Source of the DNA: Fibrobacterota bacterium
GTDB taxonomy: Bacteria > Fibrobacterota > Fibrobacteria > UBA11236
Direction: 5' to 3'
DNA: 64,000 nucleotides
Assembly: GCA_028287465.1 (NCBI GenBank)
Contig: JAQBPO010000003.1
Location: 12,912 to 76,911 of the forward strand
The first letter of the stretch is position 1. Each line of letters starts with the position of its first letter. Below are positions 6,591-15,344 of the stretch, in pieces. The translations under genes and the position numbers were made by a program. The notes below the pieces were generated by a model. It was not told the origin of the DNA and did not search any database. It worked only from the letters and a program-made list of their open reading frames with translations.

Positions 6591-7733
6591 CTAGCGGTAG
6601 GCCCGTTCCACCCGGTTGCCCAGGGAGCAGATGATTTCATATGGATGGGTCTGCTTGATGCGGGCCCAATCCTCGATGGTGATTTCCTTCTTCCCGGATT
6701 TCCCCACCAGGATCACGGGATCGCCGACCTTCGACGCCGGACATCCGTTCAAATCGACCGTGAGGTAGTCCATGGATACCCTGCCGATGATGTTGCAGGC
6801 CTTTCCGCGGATCAGGACCTGGCCGGAATTGCTCGCGGCCAAAGGCACCCCATCCGCATAACCGGCCGGGACCGTTCCCACCCAGGTATCCCGGAACAGG
6901 GTATGCGTGCATCCGTAGCCGATGGTATAGCCCGCCGGAAGCCGCCTCTTGGCGATCAGGCTGGTCTTCAGGGTCAAGGAAGGGGATAACTTGTAACTGC
7001 GGAGTCCGGACAAGTCGAAAACGCCATACAGGTTGATGCCGGTCCGGACCATGTTGAAATAGGATTCCGGAAAATTGTTGATGCCATCCGAGTTGGCCAT
7101 ATGGACGAGGGGAAACCCGATCCCTACCCCTTCGAGCTCCCCAAGCAAGGATCGGAACAAATCCAACTGCTCCCGAGTCTTGCCATGCATGGGGTTGTTT
7201 GCATTGGGGAAATGGGAATAGATGCCCTCCAAAACCAACCCGGATAGCTTCCGGATCTCCCGGATTTCCCGGAATGCCTGGAAGTAGGGGATCCCGAGCC
7301 TGCCCATCCCCGTATCCACCTTGATATGGATTTTGGCCTGCTTGCCCTGCTTGCGTGCCTCCCTGGAAACGATCTTGGCCATGGCGAGGTCAGAGACGGG
7401 ACAGACCACCCCCAACCGGACGCATTCAGGAACCTCGGAGGCCAGGACCCCGCCGATGATTTGAACCGGCCGGCGGAAACGCTTCACCAATTGAGAGGCC
7501 TCCTTGAGTTCGGCCACGCCGAACCGGTCGGTTCCGGCTTCCAACAGGGCCTCCGCGACGGGAATCGCGCCCAAACCGTAGGCGTTGGCCTTGAGTACGG
7601 TCATGACCTGGGCCGGTTTGACCGACTTACGGATTTGGGCGAAATTGCGCCGGATGGATTGGAGGTCGACCTCCAAACGGACCCGGGAAGGGTCGGGTGG
7701 ACGGCTTTTGGACCTAAGGGTCTTGGCGGCCAT
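6591..7733 (-). CDS. alr: alanine racemase
   Basis: PLP-lysine motif VMTVLKANAYGLG, and overall length and collinearity typical of Alr. ATG 7733 is preferred; TTG 7766 is the alternative used by the ORF track. Confidence 0.9.
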   Translation of the reverse strand: MAAKTLRSKSRPPDPSRVRLEVDLQSIRRNFAQIRKSVKPAQVMTVLKANAYGLGAIPVAEALLEAGTDRFGVAELKEASQLVKRFRRPVQIIGGVLASEVPECVRLGVVCPVSDLAMAKIVSREARKQGKQAKIHIKVDTGMGRLGIPYFQAFREIREIRKLSGLVLEGIYSHFPNANNPMHGKTREQLDLFRSLLGELEGVGIGFPLVHMANSDGINNFPESYFNMVRTGINLYGVFDLSGLRSYKLSPSLTLKTSLIAKRRLPAGYTIGYGCTHTLFRDTWVGTVPAGYADGVPLAASNSGQVLIRGKACNIIGRVSMDYLTVDLNGCPASKVGDPVILVGKSGKKEITIEDWARIKQTHPYEIICSLGNRVERAYR

Positions 7734-7897
7734 GCTGCCCCCATTCTTCAAGGTTACGGGGGCCAAAACGGGATTTAACGCAAAAATGAGTCCGGGTCTT
7801 CATGGCGAAATCGGAATTTAGCATTAAATTTAGCCTGGGCCTCAGCCTCGGACATCGGCCGGGGCCCATCTTGTCCCACACTTTTGAAAGTAGGAAT

Positions 7898-9076
7898 ATG
7901 CGCAGCTTGAACTCCCTGTGTTTGCTGGTTGGGATAGCCTCCTTTTCGGCTTCCGTCATGGCCGCCGAAGCCCATAAGGGGGAAGACCTCGCCAACCGCT
8001 CCTTCAGCGGCAGGGACCTCACGGATGCGGAGTTCAAGGGCTGCAACCTCGAGAACGCGCGCTTCTCCCAGACCATCGGCGCCAAAGCCAGCTTCGAAGG
8101 CTCGAACGGCAAGAGCGTCAACTTTTCCTCCATGCAGATATCCGACGCCGACTTCCGGAATTCCCAGTTCCCCCAGGCGGACTTCCGCAATTCCGATCTG
8201 CGCAACAGCAACTTCAAACGCGCCGGCCTGGAGGGTGCGAATTTCTCCAATACCGTGCTCTTGGACGCCATCTTCGAGGGCGCCATCCTGACCAAGGCGA
8301 ATTTCCTGGAAGCCAAGTTCAATGAGAACGCGGTATTCGCGAAAGCCAACCTCGCCGGGGCCAATTTCAAGAACAACAGCCTGGAAGGATCCGACTTCTC
8401 CAAGGCCGACCTGACCAATGCGGTCTTCAACGCGGTCAAGTTCGAAGGGGCGGATTTCAGCGGCGCGACGGTCGCGAATATCAACCTCGCTGAATCCAAC
8501 CTGACCGGCGCGGACCTTTCCAAGCTGAATTTCAGCAATGCGAACCTTTCGTCCACCGCCTTGGTCGAAGCCAACCTCAAGGGAGCGCGCTTCGCGGACT
8601 CCAAGTTCGATAAGGCGGAATTCCAATTCACCAAGGTGGGCGGCGCCTCCTTCGAACGTTGTTCCTTCAACAATACCTCCTTCTATCGCACGGACCTGGG
8701 CGGCGTGAATTTCTCGGGCTCTTCGATGAACGCTTCGGTGTTCGACAATAAGACCCTGGACAAGGCGAACTTCCACGGCGCCCAGCTGGAACGGGCCAAG
8801 TTCACGGTGAACAAGATCAGCAAGGTGGATTTCACCGGCGCCAACCTGAAGTTCGCGGACTTCTCCGGCGCGCAGTTGTTCAATTGCGATTTCTCCGGGG
8901 CGGACCTGTCCAACGCGCGTTTCGACAATGCCTTCATCACCGGATGCGACTTCTCCGGCGCGAACCTGTCGACGGTGTTCTGGGATGCGGACAACCTGAA
9001 GAAGAACCTCTTCAACCAGGAAACGCGCTTTCCGCGGTCGTACACCCCGATTCCTTCGCAGATGCGTACGCATTGA
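7898..9076 (+). CDS. secreted pentapeptide-repeat protein (about 340 aa of uninterrupted A(D/N)LxX repeats)
   Basis: ATG 7898 gives signal peptide MRSLNSLCLLVGIASFSASVMA/AEA. After it comes continuous 5-residue periodicity (..ADFRNSQFPQADFRNSDLRNSNFKRAGLEGANFSNT..). Confidence 0.85.
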   Translation: MRSLNSLCLLVGIASFSASVMAAEAHKGEDLANRSFSGRDLTDAEFKGCNLENARFSQTIGAKASFEGSNGKSVNFSSMQISDADFRNSQFPQADFRNSDLRNSNFKRAGLEGANFSNTVLLDAIFEGAILTKANFLEAKFNENAVFAKANLAGANFKNNSLEGSDFSKADLTNAVFNAVKFEGADFSGATVANINLAESNLTGADLSKLNFSNANLSSTALVEANLKGARFADSKFDKAEFQFTKVGGASFERCSFNNTSFYRTDLGGVNFSGSSMNASVFDNKTLDKANFHGAQLERAKFTVNKISKVDFTGANLKFADFSGAQLFNCDFSGADLSNARFDNAFITGCDFSGANLSTVFWDADNLKKNLFNQETRFPRSYTPIPSQMRTH

Positions 9077-9099
9077 ACCTTGGCGGCGCTCGGCCCCGG

Positions 9100-9405
9100 C
9101 CCGGCAAGGTCCTGGGGCCTGGTGCACGCTGCGCCTGGGTCTTTCGGCTCCCCTCTCCGCGGCCTTTTGGCCGAACCCCCTTCCTACATCCTGGTCCCAT
9201 GCTCGCGGCCGCGCAATGGCGGGTCCCGCGGGCTTTGCCGGTCAAGAGCGCGGCCGGTCGCTTCCGGGTCCGGCCGTTCCGCTTGCTGCGCGGGATCCGG
9301 CCCCAGGTCCCAGCCGGTCCTTGGCCCGGAGCCTCCGGTCCCCAGGGAGGACTCGGTCCCGGACGTGTGGCGTGTTTGACCTCGGGGAGGCCGGGTGGTC
9401 CTGGG
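9100..9405 (+). repeat. very GC-rich non-coding stretch with nine same-strand copies of GGTCC
   Basis: GGTCC starts at 9108, 9193, 9232, 9267, 9306, 9316, 9337, 9355 and 9397. There is no consistent reading frame, and the ORFs here translate to Gly/Pro/Arg junk. Confidence 0.6.
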
Positions 9406-9510
9406 GGCCGTATCAGGCGCAGCTTGCGAACAGGCTTTTCCGGAGCACCCGGACCCCCAGGGCCTTCTTCCCTAAGCATTGGGGGTGGTAAAATTCTATA
9501 ATTGGGGGAT

Positions 9511-10809
9511 ATGAGACGTACCGTACTGCATGCCGGCGCAGGTGAGCTGGTCTATGAGATCCGCGAAATCGTGAAGAAGGCCCAGCTGTTCCAGAAGCTC
9601 GGTATCGAGATTTTCTGGGAGAATATCGGTGACCCAGTCGCCAAGGGCACACCCATCCCGGCCTGGATGAAGAAGATCGTGGCGGATCTGGCCCAGGACA
9701 ATCATTCCTACGGCTATTGCCCCACCAAGGGAGTTCTCGAGACGCGGCAATTCCTGGCCAAGAAGAACAATGCCTTGGGCGGAACCCAGATCACCTCCGA
9801 GGACATCCTGTTCTGCAATGGCCTTGGCGATGCCATTTCCAAGGTGTACCAATATCTGGATCCGGGCGCGCGGGTCATCGGCCCCTCCCCAGGCTATTCA
9901 ACGCATTCGTCCGCGGAGGGCGGGCATGCGAGCCAGCCCCCCATCACCTACAAGCTCTTGCCGGAGAACCATTGGTATCCGGACATGGACGAACTGCGGA
10001 ACAAGATCAGGTACAATCCGAACATCGTCGGCATCCTCATCATCAATCCGGACAATCCCACGGGAATGGTCTATCCGGAATCGTATCTGAGGGACATCGT
10101 GGCCTTGTGCGCGGAGAATGATTTGTTCATCATCGCGGATGAGATCTATACGCATATCACCTACAACGGCAGCAAGGCGATTCCCCTGGCCCAGGTCATC
10201 GGAAACGTATGCGGCATTTCCATGAAAGGCATTTCCAAGGAATTGCCGTGGCCGGGTTCGCGTTGCGGCTGGCTGGAATTCTACAATACCCAGCGGGACG
10301 CGGAGTTCGGACGCCTTGTCAAGGCGATCGAAGACGCGAAGATGCTGGAGGTCTGCTCCACCACCCTGCCCCAGATGGCCATCCCGCCCATCCTGTCCCA
10401 TCCCGAATTCCCGGCCCACCGGGAAGCGCTCAACCTGGACATCCAGAAGCGCGGGGACGTCGTCTACGAGACCCTCAAGGATCTGCCCGGAATGATCGTC
10501 AATAAGACCTTCGGGGCCTTCTATACCTCCATCATCTTCAAGAAGGGCGTTCTCAAGCCCACCCAGCGTCTTACGGTTCCGAATGCGGAGGCCAAGGCCC
10601 TGGTCGAGAAGATGGTGGAAGGGGTTCCGCTGGACAAGCGCTTCGTCTATTACGTGCTCGCCGCGACCGGGATATGCGTGGTGCCCATTTCATCCTTCTG
10701 CTCGGATCTGCATGGGTTCCGCGTGACCTTGCTCGAAGAGGATGCGGATAAGATGAGATGGATGTACCAGAGGCTCAAGGCCGCGATCCAGGAATACCTG
10801 GCCAGCTGA
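9511..10809 (+). CDS. class I/II PLP-dependent aminotransferase (alanine aminotransferase-like)
   Basis: NPDNPTG motif, a SxK PLP-lysine region (SMKGISKELPWPGSRCGW) and ADEIY. ATG 9511 is preferred over TTG 9502. Confidence 0.85.
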   Translation: MRRTVLHAGAGELVYEIREIVKKAQLFQKLGIEIFWENIGDPVAKGTPIPAWMKKIVADLAQDNHSYGYCPTKGVLETRQFLAKKNNALGGTQITSEDILFCNGLGDAISKVYQYLDPGARVIGPSPGYSTHSSAEGGHASQPPITYKLLPENHWYPDMDELRNKIRYNPNIVGILIINPDNPTGMVYPESYLRDIVALCAENDLFIIADEIYTHITYNGSKAIPLAQVIGNVCGISMKGISKELPWPGSRCGWLEFYNTQRDAEFGRLVKAIEDAKMLEVCSTTLPQMAIPPILSHPEFPAHREALNLDIQKRGDVVYETLKDLPGMIVNKTFGAFYTSIIFKKGVLKPTQRLTVPNAEAKALVEKMVEGVPLDKRFVYYVLAATGICVVPISSFCSDLHGFRVTLLEEDADKMRWMYQRLKAAIQEYLAS

Positions 10810-10815
10810 CTCCTC

Positions 10816-10829
10816 GGCGCTTCGGCGCC
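10816..10829. terminator. small GGCGC-TTCG-GCGCC hairpin between convergent genes
   Basis: 5-bp GC stem with a UUCG tetraloop, 7 nt after the aminotransferase stop. It has no clear U-tract, so it is only a weak or bidirectional terminator candidate. Confidence 0.3.
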
Positions 10830-10878
10830 CTTCCCATGGATGGAGCGGTCCAGGCGCGATCCTCGCGCCCGTCCGGAC

Positions 10879-12201
10879 CTAGGTGGCCGGGGACCAGTCG
10901 TCGGAGACGAACATCTCCCCGAATAGCGACATCACGTTCCGTACCGCCTCCTGGGAAACGTGGCGTTGATCCTCTTCCCAGGGATTCTTGGTTCCGTACA
11001 GGACGGTTTCATAGGCGGGGAAGTAGAATACGTCCTTGTTCCGTTCCGCGAATTCCTGGGCGGCCAGGCGCAATGTCGATTTGGAATGCGCATTGGCGGT
11101 GATCACGTGGTAATCGGAACCCCGGAAGGTCGCGTGCAAGGGCACCGGGGAGGTGGTCACGATCAATTTGATTTCCGGATTGTAGGAACGCCACAGGTCG
11201 AGCATCCTCTGCAATTCGTAAACGTTCTCCTCCACCGTCAAGACCCGGCTTTCCACCAGGGACGAAGCGATGCCCCAGGGCGCGCGCGCCAGAGCCGCGT
11301 TCTCGGACTTCAGGTACCAGACTTCGTTCATTCCCAAGGTCATCACGAAGACCTTTGACTTCATGAACGCCTCACGGGCCCCCGCGGTATGGATCTCGAT
11401 GTCGCGCTCGTATTCCTCAACGGAGTCGAAGGAGATATCCTCCCGGAAGGGATCCATGAGGATGCGCTTACCGTTCGACTCATTGACCCAGAGGAGCCGG
11501 GGAATCTTGCGCATCCCGAAAGCCCGCTCCACAAGCTGCCGGAAGCTGGGGACGTTGAAAATGATGCCCCAGCGGGCGCATGAATTGTGGGTTTTCCCGT
11601 CATTGGACAGATTGGGCTCGGTGACCACGTAATTGAAATTCTGTTTCTGGAGCATTTCCGCGATGCGGGAAGCGAAGCAGCTCCCGGCGGAGCCCACGGG
11701 CACGCCGCGATTGATGAACTTGTGGCGCCTGGCGAAGGCTTTTTCGCCGTGCAGGGTGCGGGGGTGCTTGGGATGGGTCGGGTCCGGCCAGAAGACCGTA
11801 TCGGGATTCTCCTTGGTGGACGGGGCGAAGGCGGTACGGTTGCGGGTGGTGTTCAACTCATGCTCGGAAAGCTTGATGAGGATCTCAAGCCCGCGTTCGA
11901 AATAAGAGGTGTCCTTCATCCGCTCGGCGATCACGTTGCGCAGGGCCGTCGCCACGTCGTCATGGGAATCCAGCCGGTTGCCGGACTGGGATACGGCCTG
12001 GATTAGCGATTCCACTTCGGGATCGTTCCGGTTGTTCCTGAGGATGCATTGGACCACCAGGCGCAGGCTGTCCCGATCCTGGACCGGGAGCCCTTCATTC
12101 ATGATCAGGGTCCTGACCGGATTAATCGGCGACGCGGAGGGAACCGCGGCTTCGGCCTGGTTGCCGGATCCGGAGGCTTGCGCTTGGGATTGGATTCGCA
12201 T
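10879..12201 (-). CDS. GSCFA-family protein with ~130-aa N-terminal extension
   Basis: Contains the family-defining GSAGSCFA motif (..VPVGSAGSCFASRIAEML..). RBS CAGGAG lies before ATG 12201. Confidence 0.8.
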   Translation of the reverse strand: MRIQSQAQASGSGNQAEAAVPSASPINPVRTLIMNEGLPVQDRDSLRLVVQCILRNNRNDPEVESLIQAVSQSGNRLDSHDDVATALRNVIAERMKDTSYFERGLEILIKLSEHELNTTRNRTAFAPSTKENPDTVFWPDPTHPKHPRTLHGEKAFARRHKFINRGVPVGSAGSCFASRIAEMLQKQNFNYVVTEPNLSNDGKTHNSCARWGIIFNVPSFRQLVERAFGMRKIPRLLWVNESNGKRILMDPFREDISFDSVEEYERDIEIHTAGAREAFMKSKVFVMTLGMNEVWYLKSENAALARAPWGIASSLVESRVLTVEENVYELQRMLDLWRSYNPEIKLIVTTSPVPLHATFRGSDYHVITANAHSKSTLRLAAQEFAERNKDVFYFPAYETVLYGTKNPWEEDQRHVSQEAVRNVMSLFGEMFVSDDWSPAT

Positions 12202-12355
12202 GGGGAGGACTCCTGCCTGACGCTCGGAAGCTCCACCGGAGCGCTCTGAGGATCGGACAGGATGATCGTATCACGCGCTGGGTGGCCTGTCAACGCTCAG
12301 GGGGAGGGCCGCCAGGGAGGCGCAAGGGCCCGCGGGGTAACCTTGAAGTAAACCC

Positions 12356-13411
12356 TCAGAAAGTCCTCGAACCCCCGCCTTGCCTGCGTGGGTTGGCGAT
12401 CTCCGTGGTCGCGGGCACGGTACCCTCGTCGCTACCCGAACTCTCGCCGGGCGCCTCGAAAAGCGGGCGGGTGCGCAGGCCTTTCCAACGGTCCTCGGAT
12501 AATTGTTCGGCAAGGTGCGAAAAGACCGAATCCTGCCAGCCGGGGGAGGTGGAATCGACACCCTGCCTGATACCCTTGTAGAGGGCGTAATTCTTGACGA
12601 CCAGGCGCTTATGCTGCAGGAAGGCATTGTTGGGTTTCTTGGGGTTCCACTTGGTGGGGCTCGGGAGGAGGCACACCAGGTTCAGGGCCTCTTCCTGGGT
12701 CAGGTCCTTGACCTCCTTTTTCATCCAGTGCCGGGCGGCTTCCCGGATCCCAAAAACGCCCTCGTCGAACTGGGCGATATTCAGGTAGACTTCAAGGATC
12801 CTGTCCTTGGAAACGTAGTGCTCCATGATCAGGGTGATGACGGCCTCGCGAACCTTCCGGCTCATCTCTTTTTCCTTGGACAGGTAAAGATTCTTCGCCA
12901 CCTGTTGGCTGATGGTGCTCGCGCCCCGCGCTTTCTTTCCCGCCTGGTGGTTGGCGACCACGGCGTATTCGATCTGCTCCAGGTCGAAACCCTGATGCTC
13001 GTAGAATTTGGCGTCCTCGGCCACCAAGGCGACTTCCTGGATGATTTTCGGGATGGAATCCAGGGGAATCCAGGACCACCGGATAAGGGTATCCGGAGGA
13101 GGCCAGATTCCGGCAGTGCGGAGGCTGTCGGTCAGCCGGGCCCGCTCGGAATCGATGAAGGTGGTGGATTTGGGATTCTCATGGCGCAGGTTCCGGATGT
13201 CCCAGACCGAGAAATACTCCCCTACCCTCAGGACGCCCCAGACCAGGCCCACCAGGACGGCGCCGAGGGCGATCTGGTACAGGGTCCAAATGGTAAGCCA
13301 GATGGTCTTTACCGTAAGGTAACCGATCCGCAAGGTCTGCTTCAGGATTTTGACCCACATCGGTATTCCGGTCGCTTTTTCGGTTGCTGCTTCGGTCGCT
13401 CTAATGCCCAT
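12356..13411 (-). CDS. mtgA: monofunctional peptidoglycan glycosyltransferase (GT51) with C-terminal extension
   Basis: N-terminal TM helix, then GT51 motifs EDAKFYEHQGFD, GASTISQQVAKN and RKVREA..LE. There is no transpeptidase domain. Confidence 0.85.
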   Translation of the reverse strand: MGIRATEAATEKATGIPMWVKILKQTLRIGYLTVKTIWLTIWTLYQIALGAVLVGLVWGVLRVGEYFSVWDIRNLRHENPKSTTFIDSERARLTDSLRTAGIWPPPDTLIRWSWIPLDSIPKIIQEVALVAEDAKFYEHQGFDLEQIEYAVVANHQAGKKARGASTISQQVAKNLYLSKEKEMSRKVREAVITLIMEHYVSKDRILEVYLNIAQFDEGVFGIREAARHWMKKEVKDLTQEEALNLVCLLPSPTKWNPKKPNNAFLQHKRLVVKNYALYKGIRQGVDSTSPGWQDSVFSHLAEQLSEDRWKGLRTRPLFEAPGESSGSDEGTVPATTEIANPRRQGGGSRTF

Positions 13412-13509
13412 GCCCGGCCATTCTCCGCCCCGATACTATAGCCTTCGAATCGGGTTTGGAACTTAGAAAGTTCGAACTAAGTTTCAAGAAAGAGGAATCC
13501 ACCAGCCCC

Positions 13510-14346
13510 ATGACCGCCTTCCGCCCCTGCATCGACCTCCATCAAGGAAAAGTAAAGCAAATCGTGGGCGGCACGCTCTCCGATTCCGGAGAGGGCTTGC
13601 GCACCAATTTCGTATCCGAGCACGATGCGGCCTGGTTCGCGGATCTGTACCGTCGGGACGGCCTCAAGGGCGGCCACATCATCATGCTGGGCTCCGGGAA
13701 CGGGACCGAGGCCCTTTCCGCCCTGCGCGCGTGGCCCGGCGGCATGCAGGTGGGAGGAGGCTTAGACGAGGCTACCTTCCGGCCATACCTGGACGCCGGC
13801 GCCAGCCACGTCATCGTTACCTCCTGGCTGTTCCCGGGCGGTTCCCTGAGCCTGGATCGGCTGAAGCGCATATCCTCCCTGACCGGCAAGGAAAGGCTGG
13901 TCGTGGACCTGAGCTGCCGGCGTTCGGCCACCGGGGGCGGCAAGGCCGGCGGCGCGGAACCCGGGTGGTACGTGGCCACCAACCGCTGGCAGACGGTTAC
14001 GGATGTCCGCATCGAGGCGGGCCTTCTGGAAACCCTTTCCCGGTTCTGCGATGAATTCCTGATCCACGCCGCGGACGTGGAAGGGCGCCAGCAGGGCATG
14101 GACTGGGACCTTGTCGACCTGCTCGCGCGCATCTCCCCCATCCCCACCACCTATGCCGGAGGCGCCAGGGATCTTTCGGACCTGGGCCGGTTGGAAAAGG
14201 AGAGCGGGGGCCGATTGGATCTTTCCATCGGAAGCGCGCTGGACATTTTCGGGGGCAAGCTCGTGCGTTACGAGGACTGCGCGGCATGGAACCGGAAACA
14301 TGGCGATCCCGCTCCAGACGCCGGCGCTCCGGCCGATCAGGGCTGA
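13510..14346 (+). CDS. hisA: ProFAR isomerase, eukaryote-type (His6-like HisA)
   Basis: MTAFRPCIDLHQGKVKQIVGG..GGHIIMLG..MQVGGG..HVIVTS..LVVDLSCRR..FLIHAADVEG is the His6/TIGR02129-type pattern rather than the bacterial HisA pattern. ATG 13510. Confidence 0.8.
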   Translation: MTAFRPCIDLHQGKVKQIVGGTLSDSGEGLRTNFVSEHDAAWFADLYRRDGLKGGHIIMLGSGNGTEALSALRAWPGGMQVGGGLDEATFRPYLDAGASHVIVTSWLFPGGSLSLDRLKRISSLTGKERLVVDLSCRRSATGGGKAGGAEPGWYVATNRWQTVTDVRIEAGLLETLSRFCDEFLIHAADVEGRQQGMDWDLVDLLARISPIPTTYAGGARDLSDLGRLEKESGGRLDLSIGSALDIFGGKLVRYEDCAAWNRKHGDPAPDAGAPADQG

Positions 14347-14384
14347 CCCCGGTTTTCGGAACGGCGAACCCGGCAAGGATCCCC

Positions 14385-15317
14385 ATGGACGACTCTCCCC
14401 TACCGATCGACGACTCCGCTCCCACCGCGCCCCCGAGGCATGCCCTCGAGCACAGCGCCCGCAAGGACGAGATCATGGATTACTCCCTGGTGCTCGCCTC
14501 CCAAGGCATCAAGCATTGGATGGAATTCGACGGCGCGGAATGGAGCCTAACGGTCGATGACGCGGAAGCGCCCCTGGCGAAAGACCTCATCGAGACCTAT
14601 CGCGCCGAGAACCGGGGATTCCAGGACGCGCCTCCGGAGGAAAGGAACCTGGATCTTCTCCTCTCCCCGCTGCTTTTCCTGGCCGTTCCCGTAGCCTGTT
14701 ATTTCCTGGTCGGCCTCAGTCCCTGGGCCAACTGGTGGCATTCACGGGGCAGCGCGGACGCGAAATTGATTTTGGAAGGCCAATGGTGGCGGTGCATCAC
14801 GGCCGCCACCCTCCATGCGGATGAAGAGCATTTCCTGAGCAACCTGGTTTCGGGGTATTTCATCCTGAACCTCCTGAACCACCGTTTGGGGGTCGGCACC
14901 GTCATGCTGCTGGCGACCTTGGGAGCGGGCTTGGCGAATTGGCTGGTGGCGCTGGCATCCGGGGTAAACCACGTATCCATCGGGTTTTCCTCGGTTGTGT
15001 TCTGCGCCTTGGGGATGCTGGCCGCGGTGGAAACCCTGAACCGGCCCCATTCAAGGGCAAAGGGGACGAGCGGTTGGATCGCGGGCCTGAGGCGCGTGAC
15101 GCCTATCCTCGCCGCGTTCTTCGTGGCCGTCTACGTCGGGTTGGGGGAGAACGCCGACGTGAAGGCGCATTTCTACGGTTTCGGAATCGGGGCCGTGCTG
15201 GGCCTGCTGACCCGCTTCGCGCCCGGATCCCTCAAGAGGCCGGCATGGCAGGGAACCCTGGTCCTGTCGACCTGGATCCTCTATTCGCTGACCTGGTGGC
15301 TCGCCTTGAGGACCTGA
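14385..15317 (+). CDS. rhomboid-family intramembrane serine protease
   Basis: WWRCITAATLHAD, the catalytic-Ser motif GFSSVVF and the His motif AHFYGFGIGAVLG, with multiple TM helices. ATG 14385 is preferred because the longer ORF overlaps hisA. Confidence 0.8.
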   Translation: MDDSPLPIDDSAPTAPPRHALEHSARKDEIMDYSLVLASQGIKHWMEFDGAEWSLTVDDAEAPLAKDLIETYRAENRGFQDAPPEERNLDLLLSPLLFLAVPVACYFLVGLSPWANWWHSRGSADAKLILEGQWWRCITAATLHADEEHFLSNLVSGYFILNLLNHRLGVGTVMLLATLGAGLANWLVALASGVNHVSIGFSSVVFCALGMLAAVETLNRPHSRAKGTSGWIAGLRRVTPILAAFFVAVYVGLGENADVKAHFYGFGIGAVLGLLTRFAPGSLKRPAWQGTLVLSTWILYSLTWWLALRT

Positions 15318-15344
15318 TGCCCCATGCCGCAGGCTGGCATTGGC

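Noticed and set aside
9080-9501. ORFs in the GC-rich gap (for example 8884..9501, 9012..9479) with Gly-Pro-rich, collagen-like translations
   Set aside because: There is no regular G-x-y triplet periodicity. The GGTCC copies fall in different frames, there is no RBS or start context, and one ORF overlaps the pentapeptide gene. I treated the region as non-coding.
9497-9502. TATAAT 9 nt upstream of the aminotransferase ATG, as evidence for a leaderless mRNA
   Set aside because: The matching -35 position (TAAGCA) is poor, and a single hexamer is not enough evidence. It is mentioned only in the gap finding.
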